This document shows, in pieces, positions 10,365-21,054 of a stretch of 64,000 nt of DNA. The stretch lies in the IMG/VR virus record IMGVR_UViG_3300025066_001702, positions 369 through 64,368 of that record; one strand, written 5' to 3'. The translations under genes were made by a program, and so were the position numbers. Origin of the DNA: a virus. Its lineage: Duplodnaviria > Caudoviricetes. Every line of letters begins with the position of its first letter. Position 1 is the first letter of the stretch. The notes under the pieces were generated by a model. That model did no database searches. It was not told the origin of the DNA and worked only from the letters and a program-made list of their open reading frames with translations.

Positions 10365-12166
10365 TATTTAATCGTCCCTTGAATATCTGCACTGGGGAAC
10401 TTCACTTCAAAAATGACATTCTTTGGCGCTCTGATAAATCTGCCGTCAGGAGTTGTTTCATTCTTGACATTAAAGTTGACAGAAGAATATCCCGCCCCTG
10501 TCTTTTGAAATACTTTTACAGATATCGTATCGACGATACCTGGCGTGGCGTTGATGAGAGAATATATTTCAGTGATACTGAAGGGTTCGCCTATGTCAAG
10601 CTTCGTAGAAAAGAAGTCAGTCATTCTCTCCATCACGGAGTCAAATACCACACTCTTATTCTCTCCGTAGGATGCAAGGGCGGAGAACTTTACGCCCAAG
10701 TTAACAACCTTGGCATCAAGAATGTCAACTGAATCGTTTATCATCCTCTTTGTGTTGAGCCAAGTCTTGATATTTTCTTTCAATGTCAAGTTTGTTTGTT
10801 CAAGAAATCCATTTGGAGATTCATTTATAACATAGATATTGATATTTCTCAAGTTAGAGTCAACGTCCTGAATGACAGAGCATTTCTGAACTCCGCCGAA
10901 CTTAGGAGGCATTGAGAGAACGAGAGTTTTGAAGTCCTCGGCAGTAACTGCTCTATTCTGAGAAGCATGCGCTCCAGATATCAAGTATTTAAGATCTTCG
11001 AGACTTGGAGTGGCAGCCTCTCCCTGAATTGGAAATTCATTACTCACCTCAAGAGAGCTTTGGACTGACAGCATCTTAGATGAATTAAGGGACACTCTGT
11101 TTGCGAATTCAAAAGAAGAGTTTATGACAGCATCGACAGTGCCTGCCGCTGCATTGGAGTTTTCTGAAGTGTTCTCTCGATATTTCACTGTCAAGCTTGT
11201 GTTCGCTGGAGCTATGCCGAATTTATCTCCCTTTATCAGGATAGTCGGATCCATTGCCATGTCTGTCACATATGTCTTGGAATGCAAATCAAGAACAACG
11301 TCGCGAGTATTTACTAAGCTCGGGGCGCTCAATTGAGAGTCTGAGCCGTAGCCGAAAGTAATATTTGTTTGAGACAAATCTCTTCTGATAATATATCGCC
11401 TTGGGACAATAAACGGCTTCATGATTGTCGGGGCTTGAACTCTCGTAGTTGAGTCGGTATTATAAACTGGAACATATATCGTATTCTGAGATAAATGATC
11501 TACTTCGTAATATTGTCTTCCCTCTGAATCCATCACAGAAACAACTTCCGTCACAGTATTGGATGGGATTGATAATGTTCTGAATTTGACGAAGTTTGAA
11601 ATTTCAAATATCTTTATTCTCAATTCTCCGGAAATAACTTGTCCGGTTGTCTTGATTGCATAATCTATTGGAACTCCAGTTGTCGCATTTGTAGTTGCGA
11701 CGACGACTTCGTTTGTAGGATCGGCAAAATCAACATCTTCAAGAAGAGTGAAGGCAGAAGAAGCTCCGCCAGAGAAAGAGGAGCCAGCTTTGAGCTTAGG
11801 GGCATACAACAAGTCAGGACCGGTTGCAGAGGTGTTGGCAGGGACAATAATGTAGAGAGACACGTCTCCAAAAGTGGAACGAGCACCTTGATATCGATAT
11901 CCAACTGTCTGTCCGTGCTTTAGGACATTCTCATATTCAATCGCCGTAGCAAGAAAGCTCTCATTTGCCTGATAGTCTAAGTAGAAAGATAGAATATCGC
12001 CGATATAAGAAACGGCGTCCATCATTAGAGATCCAAATCCGGCGTCGGAGAAGTCGCGGTAAGTATCTGGGTAATATCTCTTTGCGTGCTCTACCAATTC
12101 AGACTTGATTGTCTCAAAGTCTCTGCTTAGATAATTTATTTTGACATTTTCTTGTTTTCTCGCCAC
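10364..12166 (-). CDS. Baseplate wedge subunit, T4 gp6/baseplate J-like
   Basis: NYLSRDFETIK, DFSDAGFG, YLDYQANESFLATA, QNRAVTAEDF motifs. Confidence 0.9.
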   Translation of the reverse strand: MARKQENVKINYLSRDFETIKSELVEHAKRYYPDTYRDFSDAGFGSLMMDAVSYIGDILSFYLDYQANESFLATAIEYENVLKHGQTVGYRYQGARSTFGDVSLYIIVPANTSATGPDLLYAPKLKAGSSFSGGASSAFTLLEDVDFADPTNEVVVATTNATTGVPIDYAIKTTGQVISGELRIKIFEISNFVKFRTLSIPSNTVTEVVSVMDSEGRQYYEVDHLSQNTIYVPVYNTDSTTRVQAPTIMKPFIVPRRYIIRRDLSQTNITFGYGSDSQLSAPSLVNTRDVVLDLHSKTYVTDMAMDPTILIKGDKFGIAPANTSLTVKYRENTSENSNAAAGTVDAVINSSFEFANRVSLNSSKMLSVQSSLEVSNEFPIQGEAATPSLEDLKYLISGAHASQNRAVTAEDFKTLVLSMPPKFGGVQKCSVIQDVDSNLRNINIYVINESPNGFLEQTNLTLKENIKTWLNTKRMINDSVDILDAKVVNLGVKFSALASYGENKSVVFDSVMERMTDFFSTKLDIGEPFSITEIYSLINATPGIVDTISVKVFQKTGAGYSSVNFNVKNETTPDGRFIRAPKNVIFEVKFPSADIQGTIK

Positions 12167-12205
12167 GAAAAGGGATCCCCTATTTGATAATAAATATGTG
12201 AAAAA

Positions 12206-12607
12206 CTAAATTTTAAGATTTAATTCGTCGGAAATGAACGATGAAGGTATGCTATACTTTATTTGCAAGTTGACATAGTTTGAAGTCGATGAGGTTTCTA
12301 ACTCAGACATGTTGATGCCAACTTGCTCAGAATTAAATTGTATTGAATTAATTATCATATATGGTAAATACTTTGATACCTGATCTTTTATTTCATCTTC
12401 AATTTCATCAAACGTTGCCTGGGTTGCATTTTCGAACAGATATGTCTTGATGCCAACTCCAAAATCAGGAATCATTATTCTTTCTCCGGGATTTGTCATA
12501 ATCACCATCTTTAGATTCTGTCTCGATAATTGCTTGAACGTCTTGTTCAAAGAATATCCGTCAACCTGATCTATATTTAGTGGCAATTTTGGCGATAATC
12601 CCGGCAT
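12206..12607 (-). CDS. Baseplate wedge/sheath initiator, T4 gp25-like
   Basis: QNLKMVIMTNPGERIMIPDFGVGIKTYLFE signature; GAGGAG RBS. Confidence 0.9.
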   Translation of the reverse strand: MPGLSPKLPLNIDQVDGYSLNKTFKQLSRQNLKMVIMTNPGERIMIPDFGVGIKTYLFENATQATFDEIEDEIKDQVSKYLPYMIINSIQFNSEQVGINMSELETSSTSNYVNLQIKYSIPSSFISDELNLKI

Positions 12608-12634
12608 CTAACACTTCTCCTCTTATAAATAGTT

Positions 12635-15600
12635 TCAAGCTACATTATCTGTCCCGGCTTTTTCAAGAAACGGATCTGTATATGATATCTTCTTGCTGCC
12701 ATAGATAGAACTTGCAAATATTTGTAATGTTGAAAGTTTTGTTTTGGCTAACATATCAGCCAAGTTTATACCTGCTTCTGATACCTCTGGGTAAACCGTT
12801 GTATCTGATAGAGCGCAATATTCATACAGAGAAAGGGAAGAAATCATGTCTTTTATTGGTAGAATGTCATTAAACAGTACTTGATATTCTCTTGTCTCGA
12901 TCATCATGTCTCGCAAGTTGGAGTAGATTTCGTTTTCTTTTTCGGCGATCTTGGCTTCTTCTTCAGTGATCTCTGCCTCTCTTTTCTCTTCTGCTTCGCG
13001 TATTGGAGTACTGTCTGTTGCAACTATTGTTATAAATATCTCTTGATCATACTTCTCTCGACTAGCTGTATCTCGTAATGGATATGTTATATCAGCGATC
13101 CAATCATAATCTATATCGCCGAGGTAATATGCCCTTTTCTTTATATATCGTGATCCTGTTTTATCTGCATTATCTTTATCAGCATCAGATTCTGATTTTT
13201 CTTTTAACCACTCCAGTGCTGGTGTAATAGCTACATTTTTGCCCACAGGAATCTCACTAGACATCGTATTCGCAAGGAGGACATCTGGCTTCTCGCCGAA
13301 CATTCCAAGGCTAACTTTCTTTCCAAAATTATACGGACCATATTCTTTCACTATCGCTTCGATTTCCGAGGAAACGGGATCGACAGAGACTTCCAGGTTC
13401 TCTCCAGAGCACTCTACTGAAATTACTGGCAAGTCTACAATATTTAAATTTGTCCCATCTTGCTCAAGCTTGACATATGATAGGCTGTAACTATATATTG
13501 TTTCACTTTTTCCTTCTGTCTTGTCTCGCTTGAAAACAAAGCTTTCCCCACCTGTTCCAAATGACAGAATGGTGTCCTTACTATAAACTTCATCTAAGTC
13601 ATCAATTTCTCCGAATATTACTTTAATCAAGAATCCATCCCAAGTGGAAGAATCCCATTTTAATTTTAAATTATCGATTATCGGTTGTCTTAGATTCTCA
13701 ATTTCTTCTGAGAACATTCTCTTCAGAGCATCCTTTTCAGTAGCTGGTATCTCGACATTTCCGCCTCCGGAATTCAATATTTCATAATACTTCAAGGCAT
13801 TGGATTTGATATCGCTAAACAAACTTCCCTCAATGTTGTCGAAACTGTTCTCATATTCCTTCATTTCTGTTTTGAATATTTTATAAAGAGAGGATGCGAA
13901 TAAGTCATTTTCCATAAATGCAATGTCAAATCCATTAAGAACTTGGATAGATGCAAGAGCACGCTCAACAATAAACAGTCGGACAAGCATTCTTACCCCA
14001 GTAATTGCATTTGCACGCCTGATGGTGCTTATTGTATCGCAATACTCTCCGCTTAAAGACTTGGAAATAAGAAATGATGAGAAGTCGCTGGAGAAATCAA
14101 TAAGAGAGGAATAATCTAAAATATCATTTTTGGGATATGTTAAAGATATGGCTTGAATGGGAGAATAGGCATTGGTGAAAAGAGATGAATATTTCCCGCT
14201 GGCGATGTGAGTTGCAAATTGTTCTAAAATACCTTCTCTTATATTACGTCCGGCAATCAGTTCCGCCCATTCGTACAAAACCTCTTCATTGGAGTCCGCC
14301 CCATAGGTTATCTCTGGATTTACTACATCCGTAAGTGTGTCAAGCGATAAATTAGAATATTTATACTCCTGCGTATTCAATCTTCCGGTTGAAACTTGTC
14401 TTCCGATAAAGGAAGCGTTGTTGCTTATATAATAATCCTCGGATGTTTGTCTAAGAGATAAAGGTTTTGTTTCCGTGCCATAGGCGTTTACCTCTACTTC
14501 AACAAGGTTATTATACCAAGCAGTATCTCGTACAATATCTGCTGGCTCTTCTCCTAAATAAGTTTTAACAATCACAGTCACGTTGATACCATCATAGCTA
14601 ACCGTGAGATCAAATATTTGGTTGTCTTGACCTTTGAAGACTTCTCCCCAATATGGATTAGTGGATGGGCTGTCCACATCGCCGCCTTCTTGGTAGGTAT
14701 CCATTTCTTTCATTAACAAATATGCATATGCTCGTGCTCCTGAAATTCCATTGGTGGCATCAAATGTTCCGACTTGATCGCCCGTGTGCCCGAGGCTTCT
14801 GCTGCCGCCTATGCTTTTTGCAAAGGGGCTCTTAAACCGCTCATTCCCAAATGTGTGGGTAGAAGATGCAACATATGGTTCTAAATCCTTGACAAGTTTC
14901 TCAAAAAGTGCGTCGTCTTTTTCCTCGCCGCCATAGGGATTTTTGGTTGAGCCCTCTTTGGCAATGCCGGTTATATCAATGTCGCTTCCAAAGGCATACG
15001 GACCAAGTGTGTACGCATTATACTCTGCTGTTGGAACAGTCTCCTTGGATTCGGGGGTGTATCCAAGTCTATATCTGCCACTATTGCTATTAACAATGAT
15101 AGAGTCGAATGGTTCCATCGGAGAGTTATCGTTAAAGAGACTTGTCCAGATCTTAGGATATTCAGAAGACTCGATACTAAAATTAGTTATTACAGAATCA
15201 AAAGAAGCTCTGGATATCAAGTTATTTAGTTCTTCTATTACAGGAGGCGTTTCTGGTATTAGTCCACCCTCGCCAAAGATATTCGGAAATGAAGGAGCGA
15301 GCCTGCCAGCTTTATACATCTCCAGCGTTTCTGATGCAGCTAAAATTCTATTCTTCTTTCTTTGCTTTTCTTTATTTAGAATCTCCTCGACTTCTTCCGA
15401 ACTAAGGCTTGAGTCCTTCTCTTGTAATAAAGTTTCTCGAAGGATTTTCTGATTAGAGCCGTCTCCAATATCGCAAATATTTGATGAAATGGAATTCTGC
15501 TCATCAATTTTTTGTGTTAAGAACTTGGGCTGGACCATATTTCCAATCCCGGACATGATGTCTACAAAGTCTTCTTTTGATTGGAAAATATTACTTCCAT

Positions 15601-17551
15601 TACGAGTCACACACTTATAACAAACTTCTACAACTTCGTCGGTGGCTGTGCCTTTCAATACTGCCTGTGACTCTGTTTCTGATAAAACCGCTTCCATATC
15701 ATCGACGGCAGTGGATATCTCCGACATGAGACTTACAAGAAATTCTGGTGATATGAATTTCTCTTCTATTTCGCCTGTTTCTGGATTTGGTATCCTAACT
15801 GCGATTCCAGTCTCAGAGTATGCGGAACTCAAAGAACCTTCCATTTTAGCAACAGTGTTTCCGATAACGCCGAGGAAGCCCTTGCCGCCAGCAGACGTTA
15901 ATGCTGCGGACCATGTGTCTGGATTAGACAAGTCATCAATGTTGATTCCGAGAGTTTGTGAAAACCAACTTTTAAATCCTTCTGAGATTCTTGAAAATCC
16001 ATCGGGATATGAAAAGAGAAGTTCGCATAGTCCTTCAAGTATCCCAAGAATCAGAGATGTCAAAGAACTTATTAAAGTATTATAGAGAGATACGAGGGCG
16101 GCGTCCATTGATTCTGCGAGCCAGTCCGTCGTTGGAAAGTTGGATGGAATATTGATTCCCTGAAAGGCAGGCAGTCCTATTTTCCATCCAATATCCGGGG
16201 TGCCGTCGCATTTCTTTACATCGCAGTTGCCATCAGATAATCCGGTAACGCTCTGCACTCTTAGAACCTTCTCTAAATCAGGATCGTTAAGAGCCCATTC
16301 TCCGAATTCTGATATCGAGTTTTCCAAAAGACATTGAATCGTTTCTTCTAATACGCATCCGAGATCAACCTTCGCCATCACATCGTTGTAGATTATCCCT
16401 ACTGCCTCTTGTCCTTTAAACCCAAATTCTCCGCCGTCTGAGGTGACACTGTGTTTCACTCCCCTTAGTCGTCGCCTAAGCTTCTCGACTCCTCCAGTAG
16501 ACAACTTCATGTTTCCAACAAATTCTGAAGTCTCCCTTGTTGTTTTTGCCACTTCTCTTCTTATTTGAGAATTCCACAACTCTTTATCTTCCTTTGCCTT
16601 CTCTTCATCTGTTTTACAGAGATCAATATCTAAGTCCAATGTGAGGAGCTTGGCAATATTTGCGAAAGAAAATAGATTTCCATTTTCATCATATTTGTCT
16701 AAACCATCCAATGAGGATTGTTTTGTTTCAATTACTGGAGTGGGGAGAGTATGCTTTGATAGAAAATCAAATACACTAAAGCTTGCTTCATTTTTTAACT
16801 GTAGCCCTTCAATTATCGAGTTCAATCTCGTAAGATAATTTATACTTGTGATATGATTTAATTCCGAAGATTGAAGAAAGCAATCATAGCCTATTGTGTA
16901 TTGCTCTTCATCGACAAGCGCAAAGACAGCATTGTAGTCAAATGTAAATCCGATTTCCAATGTTCTATCAACCTCATTTGGCTGAACACATTCTGGATCC
17001 AGCGGAGTTTGCGGTGCTATGTTATTCAAATCTATATATCTCCGGATGGCGCGTCCTGCTGCTCTTAGTCGTTTTACTTCGCGAGGTATGTTGACATTTG
17101 AAATGAATTTATCAGACTTTATCAACTTTGGAATGAGAGATTCTATTCCAGAAGCAGCAGTCTCTATTTGTTGGGTGACAGTGGCGACATCAACAAATGC
17201 AGATAGATACCCTTCCGCAGGCTTGTTGACATTGCAAGAAGAGGGATCGTCGCTTATTAGTTCGAACTCATTCTTTGGAACTGAAACCAACACTCTCATG
17301 CGAACACAAGGGCGCAAAGACACATAATATTCTTTCGCAAGAGAAGTTCCGGACAGATCATATACAGCCGTTGTATCTTTTCCATAGAATCTCAGTAGCT
17401 TAAAAACTCCATCAAGAACTGCTTCTGATAATCTCTTATCCTTTTCATTTCCGGGAGTTTCATATTCGCTTTCAATAACAATGTATAGACTATGATCGTC
17501 TTCGAAGGGAAAACACTCGTTTCCCAGTCTCCAATCTTCTGAGTAGCTCAT
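12635..17551 (-). CDS. Large hypothetical protein (1638 aa), probably virion/baseplate-associated
   Basis: Long acidic ORF between gp5-like and gp25-like genes; no recognisable catalytic motif. Confidence 0.55.
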   Translation of the reverse strand: MSYSEDWRLGNECFPFEDDHSLYIVIESEYETPGNEKDKRLSEAVLDGVFKLLRFYGKDTTAVYDLSGTSLAKEYYVSLRPCVRMRVLVSVPKNEFELISDDPSSCNVNKPAEGYLSAFVDVATVTQQIETAASGIESLIPKLIKSDKFISNVNIPREVKRLRAAGRAIRRYIDLNNIAPQTPLDPECVQPNEVDRTLEIGFTFDYNAVFALVDEEQYTIGYDCFLQSSELNHITSINYLTRLNSIIEGLQLKNEASFSVFDFLSKHTLPTPVIETKQSSLDGLDKYDENGNLFSFANIAKLLTLDLDIDLCKTDEEKAKEDKELWNSQIRREVAKTTRETSEFVGNMKLSTGGVEKLRRRLRGVKHSVTSDGGEFGFKGQEAVGIIYNDVMAKVDLGCVLEETIQCLLENSISEFGEWALNDPDLEKVLRVQSVTGLSDGNCDVKKCDGTPDIGWKIGLPAFQGINIPSNFPTTDWLAESMDAALVSLYNTLISSLTSLILGILEGLCELLFSYPDGFSRISEGFKSWFSQTLGINIDDLSNPDTWSAALTSAGGKGFLGVIGNTVAKMEGSLSSAYSETGIAVRIPNPETGEIEEKFISPEFLVSLMSEISTAVDDMEAVLSETESQAVLKGTATDEVVEVCYKCVTRNGSNIFQSKEDFVDIMSGIGNMVQPKFLTQKIDEQNSISSNICDIGDGSNQKILRETLLQEKDSSLSSEEVEEILNKEKQRKKNRILAASETLEMYKAGRLAPSFPNIFGEGGLIPETPPVIEELNNLISRASFDSVITNFSIESSEYPKIWTSLFNDNSPMEPFDSIIVNSNSGRYRLGYTPESKETVPTAEYNAYTLGPYAFGSDIDITGIAKEGSTKNPYGGEEKDDALFEKLVKDLEPYVASSTHTFGNERFKSPFAKSIGGSRSLGHTGDQVGTFDATNGISGARAYAYLLMKEMDTYQEGGDVDSPSTNPYWGEVFKGQDNQIFDLTVSYDGINVTVIVKTYLGEEPADIVRDTAWYNNLVEVEVNAYGTETKPLSLRQTSEDYYISNNASFIGRQVSTGRLNTQEYKYSNLSLDTLTDVVNPEITYGADSNEEVLYEWAELIAGRNIREGILEQFATHIASGKYSSLFTNAYSPIQAISLTYPKNDILDYSSLIDFSSDFSSFLISKSLSGEYCDTISTIRRANAITGVRMLVRLFIVERALASIQVLNGFDIAFMENDLFASSLYKIFKTEMKEYENSFDNIEGSLFSDIKSNALKYYEILNSGGGNVEIPATEKDALKRMFSEEIENLRQPIIDNLKLKWDSSTWDGFLIKVIFGEIDDLDEVYSKDTILSFGTGGESFVFKRDKTEGKSETIYSYSLSYVKLEQDGTNLNIVDLPVISVECSGENLEVSVDPVSSEIEAIVKEYGPYNFGKKVSLGMFGEKPDVLLANTMSSEIPVGKNVAITPALEWLKEKSESDADKDNADKTGSRYIKKRAYYLGDIDYDWIADITYPLRDTASREKYDQEIFITIVATDSTPIREAEEKREAEITEEEAKIAEKENEIYSNLRDMMIETREYQVLFNDILPIKDMISSLSLYEYCALSDTTVYPEVSEAGINLADMLAKTKLSTLQIFASSIYGSKKISYTDPFLEKAGTDNVA

Positions 17552-18469
17552 TTAATTCACCTTATTGTATCTGCTGCAAATATACTTATTTGATGCTGAG
17601 TTTAGATATTTTGTCTTCCAAATAATATTCGTGTTTATTCTGTGTTTGAAATTATCAACCATACCTTCCATGGCATCAGTCGTGGCGTTAATACCGGCAG
17701 GGATAAGCGAGAGTGCTGGAATCGTAGCTACAGGTAGCGGACCTGCCATTCCTTGATGCGTGTGGGACACCACTTTTAAATTAAACTGTAACTGATCTTT
17801 TAAGTGATTTAACACAACTGAACTAAGTTCGGCAAGACGAGCTTCTAACTCGGAGAGAGCTTCTACAAGATTCTCTCCTTTTACGATTGACTGGATGTCA
17901 GTCTCATCATTGCACGCTATCAATTCGATTCCATTAAAAGAGGCAGATCCATCTTTTGAGTTTTTGTTCTCAGTCCTCGTTACGAGCTTAATACCATCTC
18001 GCCCGATAACTCTGATTGAATCTGCTTTTATGCCGATGCCGGATCTCGCAAGGGGATTCCCCATCGCTCCTGCAGCGAGATTGAAGTTCTTATCAATGTC
18101 TGTCTTTTGACTTATGTGAATTCTTGCTCCGTCTGCTACGAAATTTGGATCATAGTTTAGAGAACCTTTTGGCGAAGCTCCTCCTCTGCCGACGACAATA
18201 TCGATAGAACTTGCCTGGGTGTGCCCCATACCACCGTAGCCAGATGCTCTGGATGTCGGTCTATCTCTGCCGAGAACAATAGATGAGTTTCCGGCTGATA
18301 TTACCTTTTCATTTTGAGATCTAATATATTTTGGAAGAGACTCCAGAAGTGTATTTCCGAAAACGCCGGATGTACCGCCACCACTTGAATATGTTCCATC
18401 AGATTCAGCGATTGAGGCAATCAAGGGTGGGAGATTCTTGTTATCGAATGATTCTTTAGTATTGCTCAT
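17552..18469 (-). CDS. Baseplate central spike-like protein (gp5 C-terminal-like)
   Basis: Beta-strand-rich SIVLGRDRP/IDIVVGR/IGIKADSIRVIGR segments, HTH His pair (VSHTH) typical of spike tips, and gene position. Confidence 0.6.
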   Translation of the reverse strand: MSNTKESFDNKNLPPLIASIAESDGTYSSGGGTSGVFGNTLLESLPKYIRSQNEKVISAGNSSIVLGRDRPTSRASGYGGMGHTQASSIDIVVGRGGASPKGSLNYDPNFVADGARIHISQKTDIDKNFNLAAGAMGNPLARSGIGIKADSIRVIGRDGIKLVTRTENKNSKDGSASFNGIELIACNDETDIQSIVKGENLVEALSELEARLAELSSVVLNHLKDQLQFNLKVVSHTHQGMAGPLPVATIPALSLIPAGINATTDAMEGMVDNFKHRINTNIIWKTKYLNSASNKYICSRYNKVN

Positions 18470-18490
18470 GATAGTAAATAGTTAGTTTTG

Positions 18491-19324
18491 TTAAACTGAA
18501 GGGCCTCTTTTGTCCCAGCCTGGATCATCACGATCAAATTTGTCTGGAAGGTGCTCGTTGCAGTCGCCTATCCAAGTATTGGTGCGCCCTCTGGTGTCGC
18601 TATCGGTATGCTTTTTAAGGTGTGGGCGATATCCTACATCCCACCAATATTTTCTACCCATTGGACTACTCCAACCAATTCCTCCGATGCTTGGAACCGT
18701 GCCGCACGCATGATATCTTGGAATTACCGAAAACATGCCCAATTCAGCCGATGCCCAGTCTGGCTTTTCTTGCCCAGGCCATGAGCCTCTATATTCCCAA
18801 TGCCAGCGTTCACGTGGAACAGTTCGCACAAAACCAAATCTGTAGGCATTCTTAACCATCCACTCATATGCTCCTTTGTCTCCATGAACATTAAAATCAA
18901 CAGCTATGCCTGACTGGTGTTTGGATCTGCCCGCTTTTGCTGTGGGAGGTTGTTTTTTTATTAGGAATTTCTTGTAGAGTTCAGCCTGCTTTGCGTATGT
19001 CCGGAATCCCGAAGTGACTCGTAGCGTTACTTTATCAGCCTTTGCAGCAGCTATCATTGATTTCACATAAACGGCAACTGGTTTTGCCACTCTTTTAGCA
19101 CCGTATGGTCCATGAAATATAACAAATTCATATATGTAGCCAGGTTGTTTTACCCCTCTGATCCACACTTCCTCTCTTTGGCGAATAATTTCTCCTTCAG
19201 CTATATGAGAAAACTCCCCGCCGGCAGATGGACCAGTGCCTCCCTGTCCGTTGTCACAAGTGACAACGATTGGAGTCTTTAAAGCCTGCGATTCCGGTGA
19301 GTCAGTTGTTGGTAATTGTCCCAT
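18491..19324 (-). CDS. M15 family (VanY-like) Zn peptidoglycan peptidase
   Basis: SGFRT..Q..LY, SKHQSGIAVD, ERWHW motifs. Confidence 0.85.
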   Translation of the reverse strand: MGQLPTTDSPESQALKTPIVVTCDNGQGGTGPSAGGEFSHIAEGEIIRQREEVWIRGVKQPGYIYEFVIFHGPYGAKRVAKPVAVYVKSMIAAAKADKVTLRVTSGFRTYAKQAELYKKFLIKKQPPTAKAGRSKHQSGIAVDFNVHGDKGAYEWMVKNAYRFGFVRTVPRERWHWEYRGSWPGQEKPDWASAELGMFSVIPRYHACGTVPSIGGIGWSSPMGRKYWWDVGYRPHLKKHTDSDTRGRTNTWIGDCNEHLPDKFDRDDPGWDKRGPSV

Positions 19325-19325
19325 T

Positions 19326-20735
19326 TTATGCCATTAACCTCCCTATTGCTTTTTCCATTATTGCTGTATGAGAGTCACCCGTGGTTACAACTGTTGCTCC
19401 CGTTTTTTCTATTGTCGATATATACTTATCAATATTAGTAGTATAATAAGCCTTGGGCGTGGCGCCCCAATTTGCCTTATTGTATACCATAAATATATTG
19501 CTGCCTGGTGTCAAAATATTTGCAGGGATAGATGGTGGTGAAGGATCGGCTATTTCAACTTTAGCGAATGTTTCCTGCTCTAAAGCGGTTTTCCCGCCTT
19601 GGGCGCCGCCACTCCAGAAACCAAGTTTATAGCCGGTAATACTAACGCCTTTTTCACTTTGCAATCTAGATATTGTTTCCTTTACCTTCTTATAGTCCTT
19701 ATTGTGTCCGTTTGGTATCAAGAATAACTTATTAGAAATCTTGTCTTCACTCTTCTGCAACACACTTAGAATTGTATTTTGTCGCTGCTGATTATTTAAA
19801 CCAGTCTGGATTCCATTGTAGAAGATTATCAATTCTGCACTTTTCATATCTTTAGTATATGGATAGATGGCGTCTCCATTAATGTATATTACTTTTTCCG
19901 ACTTGTTTGCATTAGAGCCAATAGCGTCACCAGTTGCATGAGTTACACCAGTTAATTCTGAATCTGTTTTACAATTATTAGTGGCGCTTTGGGCGTTCTT
20001 TAGCATCAGAGACTTCATCACTATTGTCTTGAATGTAGCGGATTCCTCAACGACTTCCACTATTATTGGCTTTTCTTGAGTAATTGCATTCTCGTACTTA
20101 ATCTTTACCAGTGTTCCCGATTCTAGTTCGGAACCTTTCCTCAACTCAGAGGAAGTTATAGAAGCTATTGGATATTCGAATATGTTTGAAAACGAGTATT
20201 GAGAAGACTCGTTTTTAACAACTTTTGGGATTGGATTTTTCCCTTGTGTGTGAGAAAGAATAAAAATATAATATTCTGGAAAACTTAATAGACTTATTGC
20301 TGCTGCTGATTTGTTATCAGCATTAGTAGAATCAATTTGATTAAGAAGATAGTTCCAAATAGAAGGCGCCTCAATAACAGCTTTAACGGACATTTCTTTT
20401 TCAAGTTCTAATTTGTCCTGAAGGACAAGGGCATATAGTCCAGATTCTCCTCCACGGAGAGACTGCAATGAAGATGCAATATTTTCTTGAGACTGCGCAC
20501 TTAGAGATTTGAAAAAACTACTATTTATAGAATTATTAGACTGTCCGAATTCAGATGGTCGCCCTCCAGCGTTTTGAGATGCATTGAATAGCTCTATCAG
20601 GGAGTCTATAAAGCCGGCGAGATTTGCGTCGGCAGATGCAGTTGTTCCAGCGCTTCCTGCGCTCTGCCCTTGAGCTTTCGCTTTCGCTTTGGCTTCTTTC
20701 TCGGCTTTCGCTTTGGCGACGCTAAATAAACTCAT
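19326..20735 (-). CDS. Hypothetical protein, possible OB-like middle region and C-terminal alpha/beta-hydrolase-like domain
   Basis: 469 aa; LIIFYNG, GFWSGG and C-terminal DSH pattern; AK-rich N-terminus. Confidence 0.4.
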   Translation of the reverse strand: MSLFSVAKAKAEKEAKAKAKAQGQSAGSAGTTASADANLAGFIDSLIELFNASQNAGGRPSEFGQSNNSINSSFFKSLSAQSQENIASSLQSLRGGESGLYALVLQDKLELEKEMSVKAVIEAPSIWNYLLNQIDSTNADNKSAAAISLLSFPEYYIFILSHTQGKNPIPKVVKNESSQYSFSNIFEYPIASITSSELRKGSELESGTLVKIKYENAITQEKPIIVEVVEESATFKTIVMKSLMLKNAQSATNNCKTDSELTGVTHATGDAIGSNANKSEKVIYINGDAIYPYTKDMKSAELIIFYNGIQTGLNNQQRQNTILSVLQKSEDKISNKLFLIPNGHNKDYKKVKETISRLQSEKGVSITGYKLGFWSGGAQGGKTALEQETFAKVEIADPSPPSIPANILTPGSNIFMVYNKANWGATPKAYYTTNIDKYISTIEKTGATVVTTGDSHTAIMEKAIGRLMA

Positions 20736-21022
20736 TAATTGTCTCCGTTCAGCAAGTCAAATATTTCAGTCTTGTCGAGTTCTGATAGAGAGGTAGACGA
20801 TTCATGATTTTTACTTAGGAGCGCAACGATCTTGACAAGCTGCTCATTTGATCTCTGTAATGTCTCCACATATTTAGCCGCAACGGTTCCGACATCTCTG
20901 TGCCGCTCTTCGTCTGCGCTCAGATAGACAATTAAATCACTGAGCAGTGTTTTCGTTATCTCTCTATCCTTTCGGATATTTTCGATTGCTTCGTTTATAT
21001 AATTGTTTGTTTTTTTTGACAT
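20735..21022 (-). CDS. Hypothetical helical protein
   Basis: ATG at 21022 after GGAGG RBS. Confidence 0.6.
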   Translation of the reverse strand: MSKKTNNYINEAIENIRKDREITKTLLSDLIVYLSADEERHRDVGTVAAKYVETLQRSNEQLVKIVALLSKNHESSTSLSELDKTEIFDLLNGDN

Positions 21023-21054
21023 AATGCCCTCCACTTAATTAGGAACGGCAAATA

